Assembly (NCBI GenBank): GCA_041640655.1
Contig: JBEPZV010000002.1
Location: 94,182 to 158,181 of the forward strand
Direction: 5' to 3'
DNA length: 64,000 nucleotides
Source of the DNA: a bacterium
GTDB taxonomy: Bacteria; Acidobacteriota; Blastocatellia; HR10
A model generated the notes under the pieces. The model did not search any database, was not told the origin of the DNA, and saw nothing but the letters and a program-made list of their open reading frames with translations. Below are positions 21,901-33,605 of this stretch, piece after piece (position 1 is the stretch's first letter; every line of letters begins with the position of its first letter). The position numbers and the translations under genes are program-made.

Positions 21901-24900
21901 TCGATTAGCACCACGCGCCGAATGGGGGGGCTACCGCCGCCCCCCCTGTTTCAATCCCACCTTGGTTCGATTAGCACCAATGGCTATCCCTACGCGCATC
22001 CGCACGTCTTCAGGTTTCAATCCCACCTTGGTTCGATTAGCACGGGGACGGATCGAGCGCCGCGTGACGCGCTCGATCCTTGTTTCAATCCCACCTTGGT
22101 TCGATTAGCACGAGGGGAAGCGGTGATCGAGGCGGATCCCCACCGCCGTTTCAATCCCACCTTGGTTCGATTAGCACACGTGAAGCGCCGGACGCGCTTT
22201 CGCCGCGACCCTGGTTTCAATCCCACCTTGGTTCGATTAGCACCTGAGTGAACGCGACCGCGTGGCCGTGTACTTCGAGTTTCAATCCCACCTTGGTTCG
22301 ATTAGCACAGGAATTTGGCTCGCTCCGCGCACGTCGTAGATGTCGTTTCAATCCCACCTTGGTTCGATTAGCACCGGCTACTCCGAAGCCGATGCGCGAC
22401 GCGCCATCGCGCGTTTCAATCCCACCTTGGTTCGATTAGCACGCTGATCCTCGTCTCCTACTGATCCTCTCGCTCCCGTTTCAATCCCACCTTGGTTCGA
22501 TTAGCACGGGCGATCAATTTACACCACTGACCGTCATAAACAAGTTTCAATCCCACCTTGGTTCGATTAGCACTCCCCTCCGTGACGACCATTCTCGACC
22601 TGATCTACGTTTCAATCCCACCTTGGTTCGATTAGCACTGCCTTCACATCCAGGTGAAGACGACAGTGACCCCCGTTTCAATCCCACCTTGGTTCGATTA
22701 GCACTTGCCACCCCCTTTCTGCCCCAATGTCGCACACTGAGTTTCAATCCCACCTTGGTTCGATTAGCACGAGACCTATGCGCGTTTGGTCACCTTGGCC
22801 GAACGCGTTTCAATCCCACCTTGGTTCGATTAGCACACGAGGTGCTCACGACTGAAAGGCTATTGAAGATCCGTTTCAATCCCACCTTGGTTCGATTAGC
22901 ACCGTGGCCCCTCGATGATGATCACCTCAAGATCTCCCGTTTCAATCCCACCTTGGTTCGATTAGCACCCGCCAGGTGGTTCCGCGAGATCCTGAAAATC
23001 GTCGCGTTTCAATCCCACCTTGGTTCGATTAGCACCGCGGGTTGAACGATTTGCTCAAGTGGCTGTCCGGGTTTCAATCCCACCTTGGTTCGATTAGCAC
23101 AATACTCACGTCGCCAACTCGAAAACTTCTAACATTGTTTCAATCCCACCTTGGTTCGATTAGCACGCGATAGCGAGAGCGCTCGCTTTCACGCGTGGCG
23201 GGTTTCAATCCCACCTTGGTTCGATTAGCACCGGCCCCTCGATGATGATCACCTCCAGATCTCCCCGTTTCAATCCCACCTTGGTTCGATTAGCACATGA
23301 GGCGTTCCTCGCCCCGATCGCGGAGTTCCGCGGTTTCAATCCCACCTTGGTTCGATTAGCACCGTCAGGATGGGAATGATTGAAATAATCAGGCGCGAGT
23401 TTCAATCCCACCTTGGTTCGATTAGCACCGCGAGTGTGTCAGTTTGACACGCTCAAACCTCATCGTTTCAATCCCACCTTGGTTCGATTAGCACGAAGCC
23501 GTGAGAGCATGCCTCCGCAAGACGCCATCAGTTTCAATCCCACCTTGGTTCGATTAGCACCCACCCGCCCTTCTTCAGCCTGGGGTATGGAACCGAGTTT
23601 CAATCCCACCTTGGTTCGATTAGCACAAGTAGTAAGCGCTAGGGTGTTTGAGGTGGCCGAACGTTTCAATCCCACCTTGGTTCGATTAGCACCAATCCCC
23701 GTCTTCTTCGTCTTCTTCAACGCCCCGCGTTTCAATCCCACCTTGGTTCGATTAGCACTGATGGGCGGCCGGTGATGGATACTCATACCCTCTGGTTTCA
23801 ATCCCACCTTGGTTCGATTAGCACTACATGGCAGAGACGACCCCTTCGGTTCCATACCCCGTTTCAATCCCACCTTGGTTCGATTAGCACGAGGGTGAGC
23901 CCCTTTTTTTGCCCTCACGCGCATCAGTTTCAATCCCACCTTGGTTCGATTAGCACAGGGACGTCGGCTCTTGCGGCGAATGAGCCAGCCTGGTTTCAAT
24001 CCCACCTTGGTTCGATTAGCACGCGTCGGGAAACCGCCATCCGCTCGATCTCCTCTCGGTTTCAATCCCACCTTGGTTCGATTAGCACTGCTATCGCGGC
24101 CAGGGAGGACATGAGCCTATATGGTTTCAATCCCACCTTGGTTCGATTAGCACTTCACCCCGCGCAACCGAATCCGCCCGAAAATCCTCGTTTCAATCCC
24201 ACCTTGGTTCGATTAGCACCCTTTTGCAGGAGGCGCATGAGAAATGTCGGTCGTCGTTTCAATCCCACCTTGGTTCGATTAGCACCAACGCGCGCGAGAA
24301 AGCGCAAGAGATCAACTTTCGGTTTCAATCCCACCTTGGTTCGATTAGCACCAGCCCGGAGGAGATCTTACGGGCGGCTGAGGCCCGTTTCAATCCCACC
24401 TTGGTTCGATTAGCACGCGCGCTACGTCGCGGTGGCGCATAGCCACCACTCGAGTTTCAATCCCACCTTGGTTCGATTAGCACCGCTCGGCGAGAGTGCG
24501 AGATTGCGAGCGATCTCGGTTTCAATCCCACCTTGGTTCGATTAGCACCTTGCGCATAATCCCCAATGTGGATCTCGCCAAAAGGTTTCAATCCCACCTT
24601 GGTTCGATTAGCACCTCTCGGCCTCGGCCTCCGCTGTGCGAAGGATTTCTTGTTTCAATCCCACCTTGGTTCGATTAGCACTAATCCGCGCGCCGTTTTT
24701 TTTTGGGAGGGGAGAGAGTTTCAATCCCACCTTGGTTCGATTAGCACTAGTTTGTCATCTTGGCCTCCTCGCTCAATGCCCCGGTTTCAATCCCACCTTG
24801 GTTCGATTAGCACCGTTCAATACCGTCCGTGAGCGCCCCCCTATGAACAGTTTCAATCCCACCTTGGTTCGATTAGCACGGGCATCGCCGCCCCGGGTGG

Positions 24901-27900
24901 AACCGCCGTCTTGTACGTTTCAATCCCACCTTGGTTCGATTAGCACCGTTGCGGCTCCTGTGCGCATGGACGTCAGGAGCCTGTTTCAATCCCACCTTGG
25001 TTCGATTAGCACTTGCCCGCCTTTGGCGGTCCCGTCAGAACAACTACGAGTTTCAATCCCACCTTGGTTCGATTAGCACAGCACAGCGTGCACTTCACAC
25101 CGTGCCCGCTGTGTAGTTTCAATCCCACCTTGGTTCGATTAGCACCCTGACTTTCCACCGTGATTTCGAGGCGGTCACGGGTTTCAATCCCACCTTGGTT
25201 CGATTAGCACCGGATTCACAAGCCGGCGACGCGTCCGGGTCTAGCCGTTTCAATCCCACCTTGGTTCGATTAGCACCCTCCGGCGATTTCGCCGCCGACG
25301 ACCGAACATCGCGTTTCAATCCCACCTTGGTTCGATTAGCACCGGATTCGGAGGGCAGACCTCGCGAGGCTCCTCCGTTTCAATCCCACCTTGGTTCGAT
25401 TAGCACTGAGGATCCGTTCCCGCAACCGTCGAAAACTCTCGAGTTTCAATCCCACCTTGGTTCGATTAGCACGCTACTCCGAAGCCGATGCGCGACGCGC
25501 CATCACGCGTTTCAATCCCACCTTGGTTCGATTAGCACCCCGATCGGCTTTGGCCGAATAAAACCCATAATCCCGTTTCAATCCCACCTTGGTTCGATTA
25601 GCACGCGGCTGGATGGGGTGTCCTTTCAAGTGCCCATATGGTTTCAATCCCACCTTGGTTCGATTAGCACTCGCCTACATCCTTAGCCAACGTGCGAATG
25701 TGCTCTGTTTCAATCCCACCTTGGTTCGATTAGCACCAGTTTGCAAGGCCGCTTTTAACCAGTTACTCACTGGTTTCAATCCCACCTTGGTTCGATTAGC
25801 ACGATTCCACGACTCATAGAGTCGTGGGCACCCTCTAGGTTTCAATCCCACCTTGGTTCGATTAGCACCATCCTCAGAGACATCGCCCGTGATGGAGTAC
25901 CCTAGTTTCAATCCCACCTTGGTTCGATTAGCACCAATTTGTTTCACATTGTCATTTCCCGTGAAATCTTGTTTCAATCCCACCTTGGTTCGATTAGCAC
26001 CGATGCTTTTCGCGTAGTCCCCTAAAACCCGTTGAAGTTTCAATCCCACCTTGGTTCGATTAGCACCCTTGTGCGAGAAATGTCACAGAAAGAAACATGA
26101 AGTTTCAATCCCACCTTGGTTCGATTAGCACAAAACCGAGAGGAGGGAGTATGAGCATGATCGCCTGGTTTCAATCCCACCTTGGTTCGATTAGCACCAG
26201 CATGGAGCGCGGAGGCGATTCTTGAGCAGGCAGGTTTCAATCCCACCTTGGTTCGATTAGCACCTCAATCCCCCTGTACTTGATGGTAACCACTCGATCG
26301 TTTCAATCCCACCTTGGTTCGATTAGCACTTGTCGCGCGCGGACTTGGCTTCTCGCGCAATCCGCGTTTCAATCCCACCTTGGTTCGATTAGCACGAAGT
26401 ATGCCGTTCAGACTGGAACCCACCCCCAGCGGTTTCAATCCCACCTTGGTTCGATTAGCACCCCGCCGAGCGCATCGCCGAGGATCTCGTGCAGATCGTT
26501 TCAATCCCACCTTGGTTCGATTAGCACGGGACGGATCGAGCGCCGCGTGACGCGCTCGATCATCGTTTCAATCCCACCTTGGTTCGATTAGCACATGCCG
26601 TGTAGCGAGAAGCGCGCCCGTCTGCTCCTTGTTTCAATCCCACCTTGGTTCGATTAGCACTCGCCTTCGTGGGGAACCTCATCGCCCACGTGGCCCGGTT
26701 TCAATCCCACCTTGGTTCGATTAGCACCCGAGTGGGAATTCATATAACACTGAATTCATTACTGTTTCAATCCCACCTTGGTTCGATTAGCACTGATCGT
26801 CGTTCGTCGGTTTCCGACATTTCCGCAAGGTTTCAATCCCACCTTGGTTCGATTAGCACATCCTCGTCTCCTACTGATCTCCTACTGAGACTCCCGTTTC
26901 AATCCCACCTTGGTTCGATTAGCACTTTGGAGGGGAAGATGGATCAGAGGCTCTTCGTGATGTTTCAATCCCACCTTGGTTCGATTAGCACCTTGAGTAG
27001 GGGGGAGCACTGCGCGAAGATGGCGCATGTTTCAATCCCACCTTGGTTCGATTAGCACCGCGCGCGGGCTTGGCTTTTCCCGCAATCCCGGCCAAGTTTC
27101 AATCCCACCTTGGTTCGATTAGCACCGGGCGAAATCCTCGCGGTCAAGACGGCGGCAGGATGTTTCAATCCCACCTTGGTTCGATTAGCACCGCGCAGCG
27201 GGGAGTGATCGCCCGTTGCGGAGAGTGGTTTCAATCCCACCTTGGTTCGATTAGCACCTGTCGGCGCTATTCAACATCAATCTCAATAGCGGTTTCAATC
27301 CCACCTTGGTTCGATTAGCACCCATTATAGCACAGAACCGCTCCAAAAAGCAAAACCGTTTCAATCCCACCTTGGTTCGATTAGCACTTCGCCCCCCAAT
27401 GTGCGGAGCGTATGAAACATATTGTTTCAATCCCACCTTGGTTCGATTAGCACATTGCGCGCGCGCTCGGCTACTCCGAAGCCGATGCGGTTTCAATCCC
27501 ACCTTGGTTCGATTAGCACTGGACGCCCTTCGTCACTTGCGGCAGATGCAGGAACGTTTCAATCCCACCTTGGTTCGATTAGCACTATGTTATTGATATT
27601 GCGTGACTTAATGACAGCAAGGTTTCAATCCCACCTTGGTTCGATTAGCACGAAGCAGCTCATCTTGTGCTGGTTCCAAGTCGTCTTGTTTCAATCCCAC
27701 CTTGGTTCGATTAGCACCCGCACGTGCGGAGGACGAAATCTATCCAAGCCTCGTTTCAATCCCACCTTGGTTCGATTAGCACCGGCGACCACGCCCTCTT
27801 TGTCATCTCCCCGGGGAGTTTCAATCCCACCTTGGTTCGATTAGCACTTGTACGCCCGGCCATCCGCCGCGAGGAGGATCTCGGTTTCAATCCCACCTTG

Positions 27901-30900
27901 GTTCGATTAGCACGCTACTCCGAAGCCGATGCGCGGCGCGCCATCGCGCGTTTCAATCCCACCTTGGTTCGATTAGCACATATTGAAGAGCGCCGACAGC
28001 GCGCCCGCCAGCCCGGTTTCAATCCCACCTTGGTTCGATTAGCACCGATCGAGCACGGCGCATTGTCTACACCGTGCTCGTGTTTCAATCCCACCTTGGT
28101 TCGATTAGCACCACGAGCAGCTTTGCGGGTGAACAGGGCAGAGTTTGGTTTCAATCCCACCTTGGTTCGATTAGCACCTGATTGAGGTCATCCCTCCGCT
28201 GCCCCCCCCGAGACGTTTCAATCCCACCTTGGTTCGATTAGCACCAGCACCTCGCTGATCAGGAACCAAAAATCATCATCCGTTTCAATCCCACCTTGGT
28301 TCGATTAGCACTCCCGCCTCCTCCAGCTCCCGGAGAAAGTCCTCTAGGTTTCAATCCCACCTTGGTTCGATTAGCACGATGAGCGCTCTGACCTCCGCGA
28401 GTGAGATCACGTACGTTTCAATCCCACCTTGGTTCGATTAGCACCCGCGCCTGCAGGGGCGCGGGGAGCACGAAACCGAAGTTTCAATCCCACCTTGGTT
28501 CGATTAGCACCTTCAAGGCACTCATTCTCCGTGAGCGCCTCGACGAGTTTCAATCCCACCTTGGTTCGATTAGCACGGAGCCGCCCGACGTGCGGAGGAC
28601 GAAGTCCACCCAGTTTCAATCCCACCTTGGTTCGATTAGCACTAGTCGCGTTAAGGGGGGACTGTTGCCTTCACATCCGTTTCAATCCCACCTTGGTTCG
28701 ATTAGCACCGGCGGACGCGCTCTTACAGCGCGTGGCCACGATTGGTTTCAATCCCACCTTGGTTCGATTAGCACTACGATGAATGGGTACTTCAAGGGGC
28801 AGGGTACGCAGTTTCAATCCCACCTTGGTTCGATTAGCACGTCCCTCTCTCATCCCTCTTGACACACTCTTGACACGTTTCAATCCCACCTTGGTTCGAT
28901 TAGCACTATCCCCTCTGTGACGACCATACTCGATCTGATATATGTTTCAATCCCACCTTGGTTCGATTAGCACTTGGAATGCAACCCTCTCGAGGATGGT
29001 GGCGCCTTGGTTTCAATCCCACCTTGGTTCGATTAGCACGATCCATCATGAGGAAGTCGTTCGCCGCATCGCTTCGTTTCAATCCCACCTTGGTTCGATT
29101 AGCACCGGGCGCGGGGAAACGGGCACGATGACCGGGACGCGGTTTCAATCCCACCTTGGTTCGATTAGCACATCCTCCCCCACCAATGTCCTTCCCTTGA
29201 ATCAAATGTTTCAATCCCACCTTGGTTCGATTAGCACGAGGAGACCGTATGCTCGTGCTGACGGAAAACGGACGTTTCAATCCCACCTTGGTTCGATTAG
29301 CACGCTTCCGAGTCTACCGAGAGAATACACCGAACTCGTGTTTCAATCCCACCTTGGTTCGATTAGCACCAAACGGCGCGCGGGCCGAAAAGCCCACGCG
29401 CCGAATGTTTCAATCCCACCTTGGTTCGATTAGCACCTGCCGCCGGTGTGCTGCTGCTCATCCTCGTTCTCGTTTCAATCCCACCTTGGTTCGATTAGCA
29501 CGGGACTGAGGAGGCGAAGGCGTTCATCGCCTTCGCCGGTTTCAATCCCACCTTGGTTCGATTAGCACCTCGAACTTCTCAACAGACTGCTCGAAACCGT
29601 TCGCGTTTCAATCCCACCTTGGTTCGATTAGCACTATATCTGCACTGGGATGGTGAATGCTCACATTCAGTTTCAATCCCACCTTGGTTCGATTAGCACT
29701 CATCCGTGAGCGGCTGCGGCTGCGTGTGCGGCTGAGTTTCAATCCCACCTTGGTTCGATTAGCACCAAATCTCCGGACTTCAGTTGTGAGGTTTTGGCCA
29801 AGTTTCAATCCCACCTTGGTTCGATTAGCACCAATCCCCAAGACGCGATCCTCGCAGTCCAACCCTAGTTTCAATCCCACCTTGGTTCGATTAGCACCTT
29901 TGACGTCCTCGGCCTCCGCGAGGGGACGCTCACGCGTTTCAATCCCACCTTGGTTCGATTAGCACCCAGGATCCCATCCTCGATCGCCAGATTTCACCGG
30001 GTTTCAATCCCACCTTGGTTCGATTAGCACAAGAAGTCGCGCTTCCCGCGCGACTTGAAATTGTCCGTTTCAATCCCACCTTGGTTCGATTAGCACCAGA
30101 AGATCAACTTTCGAGGGGAACGCCCGCCCGAGTTTCAATCCCACCTTGGTTCGATTAGCACAGGATGAGCGTATGCCGAGAAGCCGCTACCCACATCGTT
30201 TCAATCCCACCTTGGTTCGATTAGCACCGTCTTCGGCGGCGGGCGTGTGTGTTTTGGGGACGTCGTTTCAATCCCACCTTGGTTCGATCAGCACCAACTC
30301 CCCCGCCAGTGAAGCCGAGAGACCACACCAAGTTTCAATCCCACCTTGGTTCGATTAGCACCTCAAGCGTCATAGCCATGATCATCCTCCTTCTTCAGTT
30401 TCAATCCCACCTTGGTTCGATTAGCACGTGTACACCCACATCCGTCGAACCTACGACCGCATGCGTTTCAATCCCACCTTGGTTCGATTAGCACGTGTAC
30501 ACCCACATCCGTCGAACCTACGACCGCATGCGTTTCAATCCCACCTTGGTTCGATTAGCACAATCGCCGGAAGCGCTCACGTTTTGCCGCACGAAAAGTT
30601 TCAATCCCACCTTGGTTCGATTAGCACCGGGTACCCGTACGCGCACCCGCACGTCTTCAGCGAGTTTCAATCCCACCTTGGTTCGATTAGCACGAATTGA
30701 AACAATCCTTGAATACGCGCTTGATCGCGGTTTCAATCCCACCTTGGTTCGATTAGCACAGATATCCGCATCCTGCGTCTTGAGCAGCGCGTGCCAGTTT
30801 CAATCCCACCTTGGTTCGATTAGCACACTTGAGCGGTGGGAGAAGCTGTCCGAGTATTCGATTGTTTCAATCCCACCTTGGTTCGATTAGCACATTCTCT

Positions 30901-33536
30901 CGAGTTTTTCGATCCCGCGCGCTACGTCGCGTTTCAATCCCACCTTGGTTCGATTAGCACGCCGCCAGCGCAGGAGTGGATCGAGCTGGCCTCAGAGTTT
31001 CAATCCCACCTTGGTTCGATTAGCACTCTGAAGAACTCCGTGTTGGAGACGTTTCCCTCGAGTTTCAATCCCACCTTGGTTCGATTAGCACCACCTCTTC
31101 ACCGATGCCGAATATGAGCTGCTCCGTGTTTCAATCCCACCTTGGTTCGATTAGCACCGATCTCCCTCCCACCATCGCGCACGCGATGATCGGTTTCAAT
31201 CCCACCTTGGTTCGATTAGCACAAGCGCTCGAGCACTTCGATCCCACGCGCTACGTCGGTTTCAATCCCACCTTGGTTCGATTAGCACCGCGCGATCTCG
31301 ACAAACTCGCGTCGCGCGTCGAGGTTTCAATCCCACCTTGGTTCGATTAGCACCCGCTGCGGAGAGTGCGGCGATGTCGAGCGCGTTCGGTTTCAATCCC
31401 ACCTTGGTTCGATTAGCACCGTCGGGAAACCGCCATCCGCTCGATCTCCTCTCTGTTTCAATCCCACCTTGGTTCGATTAGCACCTCCGCCTGAGCCGCC
31501 GCCTGCTCCAAAATTTCCTCGTTTCAATCCCACCTTGGTTCGATTAGCACCATCACTGCGCGCGCGGAGAGCGCGCGCGAGGACGAGGTTTCAATCCCAC
31601 CTTGGTTCGATTAGCACTCGTGATTGACGCCGACCATCACCGGGGGGATTTTGTTTCAATCCCACCTTGGTTCGATTAGCACCTACGACCTTCCCCCCAC
31701 CATCGCGCACGCGATGCTGGCGTTTCAATCCCACCTTGGTTCGATTAGCACGATGAGGAGAAGCGGGTGTGGAAGCCGTTTCTCGAGGTTTCAATCCCAC
31801 CTTGGTTCGATTAGCACCAGCGAAAGCGTACGCTTTCGCTATCTGTTCTTCGATGGTTTCAATCCCACCTTGGTTCGATTAGCACAGGTCTGTCCCCTGC
31901 TTCCAAGGAAGCTGCAGAATTGTTTCAATCCCACCTTGGTTCGATTAGCACGATTGTCGAACTTTCGCGCGCCCACGCGAATTCAACGTTTCAATCCCAC
32001 CTTGGTTCGATTAGCACGCTGGGCCGCCGCGGCCTTCTCGGCAGGCCGATCACGTTTCAATCCCACCTTGGTTCGATTAGCACCCTGGTCGGGGCGTCGA
32101 ATGAGCTTCCGTCCATCAGTTTCAATCCCACCTTGGTTCGATTAGCACCCCGCAGAGCGCATCGCCGAGGATCTTGTGCAGATCGTTTCAATCCCACCTT
32201 GGTTCGATTAGCACCGTCATCGTCTTTGACGATGACGCGCTTGAGGGGACGTTTCAATCCCACCTTGGTTCGATTAGCACACATCCTCGACTCCGGGGCA
32301 GGTTCCCTTGCCGCTCGTTTCAATCCCACCTTGGTTCGATTAGCACCCCGGCCCGCCAGCGCCGCAGAGGCCCGCACGACCTGTTTCAATCCCACCTTGG
32401 TTCGATTAGCACTGCGTGCGCTTGCGGATGCGGAACTCCGCGTCACGCGTTTCAATCCCACCTTGGTTCGATTAGCACTTTCCGACATTTCCGCAAGTGG
32501 TCGAAGCCATGCGTGTTTCAATCCCACCTTGGTTCGATTAGCACCGCTCGGCGAGGCGCTCGGCGAGCCGCGCGCCGTGGTTTCAATCCCACCTTGGTTC
32601 GATTAGCACGATGCAGACGAAGAGGTTGAAGAAGCTGTTGAACCGGTTTCAATCCCACCTTGGTTCGATTAGCACGAGGGGGAATCGTCCCCCTCGCTCC
32701 AGGAGGGAATCGTTTCAATCCCACCTTGGTTCGATTAGCACCTCTCGGACCTCGACAATAAAATTGCCGACTCGCGTGTTTCAATCCCACCTTGGTTCGA
32801 TTAGCACAAGCCGTCGAGGCGATCACGGCTGTCGTCCTCGAACGTTTCAATCCCACCTTGGTTCGATTAGCACTGAGAAGCTGCCACCGTCCCTGCCGTC
32901 ACCCCAAGAGTTTCAATCCCACCTTGGTTCGATTAGCACTTGATGAGCGCGAGCCAATCGTCCAGCCTGCTCCGCGTTTCAATCCCACCTTGGTTCGATT
33001 AGCACCCCCATGTGTACTCCCTAGCTAGCAGAACGTTTTCCGTTTCAATCCCACCTTGGTTCGATTAGCACCGTCGGCGCCTGGCACGCCGATGCGGCCG
33101 ACTACAGGTTTCAATCCCACCTTGGTTCGATTAGCACCGTTGAGCGTGCGCCCGGAGCGACCGCGACGGAATCGTTTCAATCCCACCTTGGTTCGATTAG
33201 CACGAGATGATCGTGGTAGCTCCATTGTCGGTGATTCAGGTTTCAATCCCACCTTGGTTCGATTAGCACTGACTACTTCGGGTCTTTCCTGCTCCTTGAA
33301 ATAACGTTTCAATCCCACCTTGGTTCGATTAGCACCAGCGGCGGGAACCGGTTTCCCCCATCGGCCGAACTTGTTTCAATCCCACCTTGGTTCGATTAGC
33401 ACCGGCGATGTCGAGCGCGTTCACGGCATCGCCGCGAACGGTTTCAATCCCACCTTGGTTCGATTAGCACAGAACGGCCTCGACAAGGGCGAGGAGGGCT
33501 TCTAAAGTTTCAATCCCACCTTGGTTCGATTAGCAC
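15996..33536 (-). CRISPR. CRISPR array of about 264 repeats of 30 bp (plus strand GTTTCAATCCCACCTTGGTTCGATTAGCAC; transcribed orientation GTGCTAATCGAACCAAGGTGGGATTGAAAC), spacers about 34-39 bp
   Basis: Perfectly periodic repeat across 17.5 kb. Eleven unit lengths measured by hand were 64-67 bp. The reverse complement ends in ATTGAAAC (canonical 8-nt 5-prime handle). The only degenerate repeat (29 nt, one A deleted) is at the low-coordinate end (15996-16024). The cas genes and a promoter lie at the high-coordinate end, which gives minus-strand transcription. Confidence 0.98.
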
Positions 33537-33540
33537 CCAC

Positions 33541-33568
33541 GAAATTTGGCCGAAAAAGGCCAAATTTC
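33541..33568 (-). other. Perfect 11-bp-stem hairpin (GAAATTTGGCC-GAAAAA-GGCCAAATTTC) 4 nt from the leader-proximal repeat
   Basis: Inverted repeat read directly. Lies between the predicted -10 box and the first repeat, so it would form the 5-prime end of the pre-crRNA. Confidence 0.8.
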
Positions 33569-33575
33569 GGCGTTT

Positions 33576-33605
33576 ATTATGCCGTCGTCCCCCGGTTTCT
33601 GTCAA
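33576..33605 (-). promoter_or_regulatory. Putative sigma70-type promoter of the CRISPR array
   Basis: Minus strand reads TTGACA (33605-33600), 18 nt, CATAAT (33581-33576). This is about 40 nt upstream of the first repeat, in a locally AT-richer patch. Confidence 0.55.
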
